Program-made: the position numbers and the translations under genes
Notes under the pieces: model-generated
What the model was told of the DNA's origin: nothing
The model's input: only the letters and a program-made list of their open reading frames with translations
Databases searched by the model: none
Part shown: in pieces, positions 16,654 to 24,689 of the stretch
How the letters are laid out: each line of letters opens with the position of its first letter
Position numbering within the stretch: position 1 is the stretch's first letter
Assembly (NCBI GenBank): GCA_964612385.1
Contig: CAZTDB010000002.1
Coordinates: 1-25,574, forward strand
Source: an uncultured Ignavibacteriaceae bacterium
GTDB lineage: Bacteria > Bacteroidota > Ignavibacteria > Ignavibacteriales > Ignavibacteriaceae
Reading direction: 5' to 3'
DNA length: 25,574 nucleotides

Positions 16654-17271
16654 TTATCTACCTGCTTCATTAGCAACCTCTTCAATCCAATTAGAAAAAT
16701 TCGAATTGCCATCATCCATTATCCAACAATATGTATCAAATTTTTCTGAGAATCGAAAAAATTTTCCAAAGTCATTAAATATTAACCAGTCAGCAAAATA
16801 GAGTGTGTTCGATTTTTTATTATTGATCGTGGGTAGTTCTTTATAAATAGTCCATTTCCGGTTTAATAATTCGTAGAAATGAATTCTTTCTCCATCCTCT
16901 GAAATTTCGAACCCAAGCTTATCAAGTGGATTTATGCCCCTTGGAGTTATACCTATTTTACCTTTAATTCTATTGATGTGTATTCCTAAAATTCCATTAC
17001 CACGTTCAAAACTTTTAATTATCTCATAATTAATGCACTTTCTATTAGCCGTACTTTCACCGATTAAAACAGTTGTAATTGAAGTTTTCTTCAGTCCACT
17101 TTCAATAAGTTGCTTTATAGCATGATCTTCTTGTGTTTTAAGTTTTTCCCAGATTGAACCATCAACAAAAGTCTCATTACTATGTCTCATTAACCAACTA
17201 TTACGAACTACATTTACTTTGAAGTTCTTAACATCTTCATATGCAAAACTAAAGAAGACAAATCTCGCCAT
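16654..17271 (-). CDS. ThsB-like TIR domain protein (DUF1863 type)
   Basis: VFFSFAYED..VNVVRNSW..IKQLIESGLKKTSITTVLIG..YEIIKSFERGNGILGIHI; catalytic Glu position (YEI) retained. Confidence 0.88.
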   Translation of the reverse strand: MARFVFFSFAYEDVKNFKVNVVRNSWLMRHSNETFVDGSIWEKLKTQEDHAIKQLIESGLKKTSITTVLIGESTANRKCINYEIIKSFERGNGILGIHINRIKGKIGITPRGINPLDKLGFEISEDGERIHFYELLNRKWTIYKELPTINNKKSNTLYFADWLIFNDFGKFFRFSEKFDTYCWIMDDGNSNFSNWIEEVANEAGR

Positions 17272-17284
17272 AATTATTATCCAA

Positions 17285-17944
17285 TCAATCTATAGTTTTT
17301 GAAATATTGTAGTCTTCACTGTTCTCTTTAATATGAAACGCTATATCAATGTATTTATCAATATCCTCATTAAAGTCCCTCCACCTTACACAAAATATAT
17401 AAGAAAAATAACCATTGTAAATAGTACTTCCTTCACACTGCCTTGTATCAGGATTTTTGATATTAAACATATTGTCTCTCAATATTTTGAAGAGACGGTC
17501 TGTGTGGTAAGTAGTGCTATTGCAATTTGGATTATAAGTAAGAAAGTATTCGTAGCTACCATTTTCATCTGGTAACACAACAGCTAGAATTGCGTTGGTT
17601 TTACTAGTTCTTCCCGCCCTAGACATTTCTTTCAGAGAATAAGATATTTCCCATGGTATCCATTGATCAGTTTCAGCGAGAGTATAATCTTTCATTCCTT
17701 TTGATATTAAAACAATAGTAACAGTACTGTCAAAAATTTTATTTTTTAATTTTGTCTCTATCGTTTCGTCCTTAAAATCTTCCAAGCTCTCATTATCATT
17801 TTCACCCTTATAAATGTAATCTTCATCATCTAGCAAATCTTGAAGTTTGTCAACATAATCTCTAGCGGTAGAAAAGTAATTGCCATCTAAACCTTGGACT
17901 TGAGAATCTGAGTATTTATAAGTAACAAAAATTTTCTTGCCCAT
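17285..17944 (-). CDS. ThsB-like TIR domain protein (DUF1863 type)
   Basis: KIFVTYKY..KIFDSTVTIVLIS..WIPWEISYSL..NAILAVVLP. Confidence 0.88.
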   Translation of the reverse strand: MGKKIFVTYKYSDSQVQGLDGNYFSTARDYVDKLQDLLDDEDYIYKGENDNESLEDFKDETIETKLKNKIFDSTVTIVLISKGMKDYTLAETDQWIPWEISYSLKEMSRAGRTSKTNAILAVVLPDENGSYEYFLTYNPNCNSTTYHTDRLFKILRDNMFNIKNPDTRQCEGSTIYNGYFSYIFCVRWRDFNEDIDKYIDIAFHIKENSEDYNISKTID

Positions 17945-17967
17945 TTTTGATTTTCTCCCTTTAATAG

Positions 17968-18558
17968 TTAAATGTAATCTCTCAATAAATCTTTTAACAA
18001 TGACATATAGGCATAGTCATTTTTAAGCCTGACATCAAGTTTAGTTTTCATATTATCATATATCAGTTTGGCAGCTGCGCCAGTACTTGCAAATGGTAGC
18101 AGTAAAGCATTTGGATGTGATTCCTGAAATAGTTTAAATTCTTCAATAACCCCCTCCATGCCCCCAATAAAAATTCCAACTTTAAAGTCATTATCTTTAA
18201 TCATAACATTTCTCAAATCAACCATACTTTTTTCACGATTTATGTTTGCTGGAATAAGTTTTATATCCTCAAAAAAGAAATTATCCTTTGGAAATGACTT
18301 TTCAAAGAACTTTGATTGATAAAGTGTAACATGTTCCTTCAAATCAATTTTCATAGCACTTAAAACAAATCTGATTAAAGGTGTAATTGCTGGATGTCCG
18401 CCCCAAATCAATTTTGCATTTGGGATAACTACAGTCGCTAATGCCCTTACCGAATCTCTTATTGCAATAATATCAGCAGTATCATAAAATTTTCGATCCC
18501 TATCTGGTAATGGAATGCTTGCAGCAAGGAATACTTTATTTAAATTTTTTTTAACCAA
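17968..18558 (-). CDS. Stand-alone SLOG domain protein (LD cluster3 type)
   Basis: VFLAASIP..IAIRDSVRAL..LIWGGHPAITP..TLYQS..GIFIGGMEGVIEEF..STGAAA, the SLOG nucleotide-binding pattern. Confidence 0.85.
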   Translation of the reverse strand: MVKKNLNKVFLAASIPLPDRDRKFYDTADIIAIRDSVRALATVVIPNAKLIWGGHPAITPLIRFVLSAMKIDLKEHVTLYQSKFFEKSFPKDNFFFEDIKLIPANINREKSMVDLRNVMIKDNDFKVGIFIGGMEGVIEEFKLFQESHPNALLLPFASTGAAAKLIYDNMKTKLDVRLKNDYAYMSLLKDLLRDYI

Positions 18559-19712
18559 TGCTCTATCTCAATAATTTTTATAGTCCGTACAGGAAGATAT
18601 TGCTCTAACCAAGCTAAATGTTTAAGCCATTTTTCTCTGATATTCCTGTGGTCAAATAATAAATATGTTTCAGAAATATTTTTTGATTTTATACGATTTA
18701 TTATCTCCTCCGATTGGTTATACGTGAATGCTTGTGGAACTCCTATTGTGGGAATAATTAAAACTCTCTTTTTTTGCTTGTTCTGCAGAGTAATAAATTT
18801 TTCCGGATGTAAGCGTGGATGAATTCTCATTTTATTAGAAGCTTTAATAAATTCAGTAGTAATGTTATTACGTCTAGCAGCAAGGCTTCTAGCTCTCCAC
18901 GATTCCACACTGCTTACAATTCTTTTTATAGTCTTTTCCCTAAGACTACTTTTGGAACTATTGTAATTTCGATTTGCAAAATCAGTTGCTTTCAATTTAA
19001 AAGGAAGACTTAATTCTGCTATGTCTTCTGGCTTATGGTTTGGCCAGATAATGTGCAATATACCTATAGACATCGAATTAGCTCTGGCAAGTTCTTTGGG
19101 CGTCCACTCACTATTTAGAAATCCAGGTGTATTTAACAGTACTACTGTATCAGTATCAGCAAGTCTATGCCATAATTCATCTTGAAAGGGATCTCCATAC
19201 CTAACGCTATGTGTATCTAAAAATACATCAAATCCAGCTTTTTCAAGTTGTTCGTAAAGTTGAATCGCAACTGCACTAGATTCAACCCTCCTATAGCTTA
19301 TAAATATTCTCCTTGATAATCTTAATAAACTCAAACCCTCTAGTATACAACTTACAAGTGGTTCTATTTCTAAATTTGATGATAAACCAAAACTATTAAT
19401 GCCTTCTAACTCTTTTGGAACATAAGAGCTAAAACTCTTTAGATTATCTACTACTGGCAGGATTAAAACAGCATCGGTAATTAATTTCCTAATGATATCT
19501 AAATTAGTGAACCTATTTTTAGCATTACCAAAATAAAGACAATATGATGGTACATTGGCTCTATATTCTTTATAAAAATTTTTCTTATTTAGAATTATGA
19601 CATTGCTCTTATCAAATCCAAGCTCACGAAGCCGTTTATAAAACGTCTTCATTATTTTATTGATACGAAGATTCTTATATCCTAGCAATATTAATTGATA
19701 TTTATATCTCAT
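18540..19712 (-). CDS. TIR (TIR_2-like) protein with extra N- and C-terminal domains
   Basis: RIFISYRR..AIQLYEQLEKAGFDVFLD..SEWTPKELARA; about 130-aa N-terminal extension. Confidence 0.87.
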   Translation of the reverse strand: MRYKYQLILLGYKNLRINKIMKTFYKRLRELGFDKSNVIILNKKNFYKEYRANVPSYCLYFGNAKNRFTNLDIIRKLITDAVLILPVVDNLKSFSSYVPKELEGINSFGLSSNLEIEPLVSCILEGLSLLRLSRRIFISYRRVESSAVAIQLYEQLEKAGFDVFLDTHSVRYGDPFQDELWHRLADTDTVVLLNTPGFLNSEWTPKELARANSMSIGILHIIWPNHKPEDIAELSLPFKLKATDFANRNYNSSKSSLREKTIKRIVSSVESWRARSLAARRNNITTEFIKASNKMRIHPRLHPEKFITLQNKQKKRVLIIPTIGVPQAFTYNQSEEIINRIKSKNISETYLLFDHRNIREKWLKHLAWLEQYLPVRTIKIIEIEHWLKKI

Positions 19713-19722
19713 TTATCTTTGA

Positions 19723-20322
19723 TCAATAATTCTTATTTAACCAATCTTTTAATGGGGTAATATATCTTATACCTTCTTTATTTGTTGGTTCACAAACATA
19801 ATAACCTTGTGGTATCAATTTATTCGAAACCCTATATTGACTTTTTCCGTCCTCATAATCAATCTGAGGATAAATACGAAGATATTCGTTTCCTTTATAG
19901 TCAGAGTTGGGCGTTCCTTTTTCTTTCACAGGTAATATAGCTATTCTACTGATATAAGTAGTTGTATCTCCTAAGCCTAACTCCCAATTACACCAAAATG
20001 ATTCAATGGCTTTATTAGTGGCTAATAAAATAAATTTATCACAAAACCGAATAACTTCTTTTATCCTTTTTGCTGTTTCTCCAGATGTCTGTTCTGGCAT
20101 TTTATTATCCATACTATCAATATAAATTTTTACTCCAAACCTTTGGAGTAACCCAATTACACCTCTGAGATCATTTAAGTCTTCATGTTTATGCGATATG
20201 AACACCGTTGGTTCGTAGGGTCTTTGAGAGTCGGTGCTAAATTTTTGGATTTCTCGTAGAGATTCATTAATAAATGAGTCACTTGCTCTATAATTGTTAA
20301 AATATTCTCTTTCAAAAATCAT
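19723..20322 (-). CDS. TIR domain protein
   Basis: VFISHKHED..GVKIYIDSMD..IRFCDKFILLAT..SFWCNWELG. Confidence 0.88.
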   Translation of the reverse strand: MIFEREYFNNYRASDSFINESLREIQKFSTDSQRPYEPTVFISHKHEDLNDLRGVIGLLQRFGVKIYIDSMDNKMPEQTSGETAKRIKEVIRFCDKFILLATNKAIESFWCNWELGLGDTTTYISRIAILPVKEKGTPNSDYKGNEYLRIYPQIDYEDGKSQYRVSNKLIPQGYYVCEPTNKEGIRYITPLKDWLNKNY

Positions 20323-20344
20323 AATTCTTCCTTAATAATAATCC

Positions 20345-23300
20345 TCACCCCACCACCCTCTTCACCAACCTATCAATTTCCTTCATCTCCGCTGCAAGGT
20401 ATTTTTTTATATCAAGACGGAGTTTGCCAAGACGTGTGGCAGTTAGTTCTTTTTGAGGTGGATTGTCTTCCAAAAATTTTACTGCTTTTTTATGTGCTCT
20501 CTCGCTTAACTCTGCTAGCTTTAAATGCACTTCATTTGTTTCATCAAAGCGGGGGAAGTAAATGTCGAGTATCTTTTTGTGAACGTGTCTTGCACCAAAG
20601 TGTCCTCTTGCCTGAAAATCTTTTATTAACTTATTTGGAATTGAAGAGTTCAATATTGATGTTAAATAAAAAGCAACTTTTATATCATTTGTATAGAAAA
20701 TATATGTTACACTTTCTGCTAAAAAATTTAAGTCTATACTGTTCCTATTAACAACAGTTGCATTCGCATCTTTTGCTGACGAATTATACAAAACCATATA
20801 AAGTGCATCCAGATTTTGTTCGGTTAATCCTCTCTGAAAATCTATTCTGCCATTTGCAGTCATATTTTTTGATTTTTCAGTTTTATTTATCTCCCAAATG
20901 TTTTCAGCATTCTTAAACCATTTAGATGAATGCAAATATCCTTCCTGCATTAGTTCATTTGCTGCCAGTAGCTTGATTTTTTTATTACCCTCATTATTTT
21001 TTTCAATTAAAATCGGCAGGACAACCAAATCAGGTTTATACAAAGCAAAAGGTAAAATACTTTTTGCCAGTGCCGTCCTGAAAATAAATTTACTTTCAAT
21101 TCTTCCTGTAAACTCCAATCCTTTCCAGGGTTTCTTTGCATCGTTCTTTATTGCCTCGGAAGTTTTAATATTTATTATTCTATCCTCAAAATCCTGCGGA
21201 ACATCTTGCGTTAATTCAATAAAATAAAAACACCGGGGAACGATTGTAGCACCCTGCTTAAAATGTTTCTTATAAGGATTTTCTGTTTCGTTGGATTTCG
21301 TTTTTTTACTTGATATTGCAGAAGCTTTTCCCTGTTTTACATAATACCATTTAACGGCTTCTTCAGTAATATTTTCTTTTGCAGTTAAAAGATTGCAGTT
21401 ATGCTCAGTCAGCTTCCCGCTAAATATATTTCCGTGTAAACCAGAGAAAGGAACTTTTTTCTTTTCATACTTTTCAGCAAAGAAAACACAGCTTGGAATT
21501 CTGAACAGAGGAGAAACATCTTTCAAATCCCATATCTGTTTAAGCTTAAACCCGACAGCTTTTCCGCTTCTTGTGTTATCGTGGTGGTCGGCACTAAAGA
21601 AGCTTCTCGGCAGAACAAAAGCAATCTGTCCATGCTTGCTTAAAAAGTAGCTGCTGCAGTAAACCATAAATATTGCTGCAATTTCAAGATGAGGAAAGTT
21701 TGCAACCTTAACCGGCTTCACCTCATACTTATCAGCAAGTGCATTAAGTATATTCTGGTAATCTTCATTCCTTATCGAGCTGTAAGTAAACCAGGGCGGG
21801 TTGCCTATAACATAATCAAACTTACCAGCAAGGAAATAAGGTTTGTAGAGGTTCTGCACAATAAACTTCCAGATGCTGTCTCTTCCTTTTTCTTTAACAA
21901 CTTTTAATCCTGTATAAATTTTATAAAAACTTTCAATTACCTGCTTATTTGCCCCCGATTTATTTCCGTTCTTTGCAAAATGCTTCCTGAAAATATTTTC
22001 AAAGACTTCTTCCGATTCTTTTTTCTTTCCCATTGTTTGTTCTGCAAGGTCATCGCAGATTCCGAGCGCTTCATCGAACAGCTTTACATCTTCAAGTATC
22101 TGCGTGGTTAAGTGATACTTCTCTTTATCAATGTTCAGAAGAAATTCATTGCCGAAAAGATTCTGCACACCTTCAGGTGCAAGAAGCGTGTTTGCAAGTA
22201 ATATGTTAAGGTAAACAGGTTTCTTTGCGTTAATAATTTCCTTACCGAGTGCAAGAAGCAAAGTTGTTTTTGCTATCTGCACACTAAGCGGGTGAATATC
22301 TATTCCGTAAACCTGCTCATTTAATTCTTCAACGGTTACATCGGGATTAAGCTCTTTAATCCTGTGAATAGCCGCTCTTAAGAAAGACCCGCTTCCGCAG
22401 GCAGGATCGAGTATCTTGTTTGTTTTGCTAAACTGAAACTCTTTAACAATTCTTTCGCAAAGCCAGTCGGGGGTGTAATACTCGCCGAGAGAATGTCTTG
22501 TATCAATATCAATCAGCTCCTGGTAAACACCTTTAAGAATATCTTCGTCAACATTATCAAATTCAAAGTTGGAAATTTCCTGTGCAATAAGCCGGAAAAC
22601 TTTTTTCAGGTTGTTGAAACTCCGCTCAGTATTAATCCAATGGAAGAAATCGTTATCAACAAAATTGCGGATGTTATACCTGTGAAATATTGTGCCGTCG
22701 AGAATTCCCTTAAGTTCGGAATCGTCGATAAAATCATCGTTGGATACTACACAGTAAGCGAGCATTTTGGAGATTACGCTAAGGTAAGTGTGAATAAGAA
22801 AGATGTTATCACGCGCATCAAATCCGCCGTAAGCAATGCTTAAGAATTTACTCCACTGCTCGTAAGAAACCTGCACTTCGCCGTATTTCTTAGCTTCTCT
22901 GAACCAATTATTCAATTCACGGAATGACTCAATGAAAATATTGCTTTGATATCCAAAGGCTTCTTCAATTCTTTTAAGCGTTGCACGTTGCTTTTCTTCC
23001 TTGAAAAGAAAGCGGTCAATCCAGTAATAAAATTCCTCTGTATTTCTTTCATTTAGTACAAACGAAGCGCTTTTAACTTCGTTAAGAATCAGTTCGTGTT
23101 CCTGTAATTCTTCTATTCTATCAAGCGAGGAAACATCGGGGGCAAAAACTTTCCATGTAATAAAATCTGATGCAATCAGAGTAAAATTATAACTCTCGCC
23201 GGACCGCAATTGTCCTAACAGATATCCGGCAAGCTGTTCTTTGGCGTGCTCTAATGTAAGGTTAAGGTTATTTTCAAATTCAATGATGATATGATTATAA

Positions 23301-23524
23301 AGTGTATCCGCACTACCTTTATGAATTTTATCTTTTCGGGGAATATTTAGAACGGTCGTTTCAGCCCCAAGTGTAATTTTATTAACAAGACGAAGAATTT
23401 CTTCATCTTGAATATACAGCCGGTTTAATAAATCTTTGAATGCTTCTTTCTTAGTAAACTCTTTATTAGCTGCTTTAACTTTGGATAAATACTCTTTTAT
23501 AAGAAAAGTTTTGTTGCTTTTCAT
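20345..23524 (-). CDS. Single-chain restriction-modification enzyme (type IIG-like) with N6-adenine methyltransferase
   Basis: Motif I DPACGSGSFL, motif IV GNPPW, GEYYTP; N-terminal ADTLY..IIIEFE..EQLAGY nuclease-like segment; long C-terminal specificity region. Confidence 0.88.
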   Translation of the reverse strand: MKSNKTFLIKEYLSKVKAANKEFTKKEAFKDLLNRLYIQDEEILRLVNKITLGAETTVLNIPRKDKIHKGSADTLYNHIIIEFENNLNLTLEHAKEQLAGYLLGQLRSGESYNFTLIASDFITWKVFAPDVSSLDRIEELQEHELILNEVKSASFVLNERNTEEFYYWIDRFLFKEEKQRATLKRIEEAFGYQSNIFIESFRELNNWFREAKKYGEVQVSYEQWSKFLSIAYGGFDARDNIFLIHTYLSVISKMLAYCVVSNDDFIDDSELKGILDGTIFHRYNIRNFVDNDFFHWINTERSFNNLKKVFRLIAQEISNFEFDNVDEDILKGVYQELIDIDTRHSLGEYYTPDWLCERIVKEFQFSKTNKILDPACGSGSFLRAAIHRIKELNPDVTVEELNEQVYGIDIHPLSVQIAKTTLLLALGKEIINAKKPVYLNILLANTLLAPEGVQNLFGNEFLLNIDKEKYHLTTQILEDVKLFDEALGICDDLAEQTMGKKKESEEVFENIFRKHFAKNGNKSGANKQVIESFYKIYTGLKVVKEKGRDSIWKFIVQNLYKPYFLAGKFDYVIGNPPWFTYSSIRNEDYQNILNALADKYEVKPVKVANFPHLEIAAIFMVYCSSYFLSKHGQIAFVLPRSFFSADHHDNTRSGKAVGFKLKQIWDLKDVSPLFRIPSCVFFAEKYEKKKVPFSGLHGNIFSGKLTEHNCNLLTAKENITEEAVKWYYVKQGKASAISSKKTKSNETENPYKKHFKQGATIVPRCFYFIELTQDVPQDFEDRIINIKTSEAIKNDAKKPWKGLEFTGRIESKFIFRTALAKSILPFALYKPDLVVLPILIEKNNEGNKKIKLLAANELMQEGYLHSSKWFKNAENIWEINKTEKSKNMTANGRIDFQRGLTEQNLDALYMVLYNSSAKDANATVVNRNSIDLNFLAESVTYIFYTNDIKVAFYLTSILNSSIPNKLIKDFQARGHFGARHVHKKILDIYFPRFDETNEVHLKLAELSERAHKKAVKFLEDNPPQKELTATRLGKLRLDIKKYLAAEMKEIDRLVKRVVG

Positions 23525-23744
23525 TTACACAATTCTAAGTTATTTCTCGTTTACGGTGCAACTTAGCAAGAATTAATTTAATTGAAAATAGAGGGATTGC
23601 AAAAGTAAGGAATACGGCTGAAGTTAAAGTATCGCTAATCTCATGGAGATTCAGGATATGTTCAATACTACCATATCTAATTTAAAATAAATTGAACTCA
23701 CTCTTAATGAGGCTGTCCAATCCAAAGGATCGTTCCGAAAAGTT

Positions 23745-23912
23745 CTTTGTGACGTTTTGTGCCTTCGAGTCTTTTGCCAAAGGCATTCCCTCAGAAGTGG
23801 CTAAAGTTTGAAAACACTTGATAATCAAGATTTCTATCCACAGAATCGTATCGATTTGCCACGTTCGAAGAATCCTATGGAAAGGCACAAATACACAAAG
23901 AATCTCACTAAG
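23745..23912. repeat. Imperfect inverted-repeat element G built from CACnAAG subrepeats, both arms carrying inserts
   Basis: Left CTTTGTGACGTTTTGTGCCTTCGAGTCTTT[22 bp]GTGGCTAAA; right TTTGCCACG[18 bp]AAGGCACAAATACACAAAGAATCTCACTAAG. Confidence 0.7.
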
Positions 23913-24008
23913 ATAATCTATTTTTTGGTCACCCTCACTTTATAGTAATTGTTAACCTACCAAAAAAATGTTCTGTCAACATATTAAGCGTGAAGACATT
24001 GCCTCAAA

Positions 24009-24119
24009 CAAGTCCTTCGCTTGGTCCTATGGATCCTTTAGATAAGAGAAGGATTGCTAGTCACGGCGTAGACTCCAGGCTATTATCAGAAGTTTGTGTC
24101 GTAGCCGGAGGATGAGTTC
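24009..24119. repeat. Right half of repeat D, near-identical to 8897-9007
   Basis: 111 bp, 8 substitutions, no gaps, same nested inserts. Confidence 0.9.
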
Positions 24120-24126
24120 CTCCCGC

Positions 24127-24377
24127 CTCACCACCTTCTTAACCAACCCATCTATCTCCTTTCCAAAGGATCCTTCGGACATCTCTTCTGCAAGGTGTTT
24201 CTTTATATCGAGACGGAGTTTGCCTAAACGCCTGCCTGTTTGGCAGGTAAATATGGCGCTTAGTTCTTTCCGAAGGATGGCGTCCATTTGCTGTGGATTG
24301 TCTTCTCCCAAAGGGATGCAAAAGCATAAATATTTTGCTGTTTTTTGTGTGCTGCTTAGCTTAGTTCTGTAAGCTTT
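24127..24377 (-). pseudogene. Decayed 3' fragment of a paralog of the RM enzyme gene with four short insertions
   Basis: Aligns to about 20345-20522 (KLAELSERAHKKAVKFLEDNPPQKELTATRLGKLRLDIKKYLAAEMKEIDRLVKRVV); one premature TAA, a 1-nt deletion, and inserts of 18, 21, 18 and 21 nt. Confidence 0.88.
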
Positions 24378-24380
24378 TTA

Positions 24381-24629
24381 TTACGCAGTAACATGACGGA
24401 ATACTTTTACAGGCACCTCCATAATCTCATCCCATTGCTGTTTGTGCTTAATATCTTTCTCAATGGATTTAGCATTTTCTGCTTTTAAATATTTTTCTCC
24501 GCATTGCTGACAGACTCCAACAGGCACACTCCTAAAAACATATAATTTCCCTTTATAGCAGTAGTCTAATTCAATTAACTTTTCTTTAACTTCGCCGCCG
24601 CAAAACGAGCAATCTGCATATTGTCTCAT
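24381..24629 (-). CDS. YgiT-type zinc finger protein (likely start MRQYADC at 24629)
   Basis: CSFCGG..VFRSVPVGVCQQCGEKYL..EIMEVPVKVF; the usual upstream DUF4258 partner is absent. Confidence 0.85.
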   Translation of the reverse strand: MRQYADCSFCGGEVKEKLIELDYCYKGKLYVFRSVPVGVCQQCGEKYLKAENAKSIEKDIKHKQQWDEIMEVPVKVFRHVTA

Positions 24630-24689
24630 GTTTATTATCCTTCTTTGTTTCTTGTTCATTCATCTATTCAGAAAAATAATTGATACATA

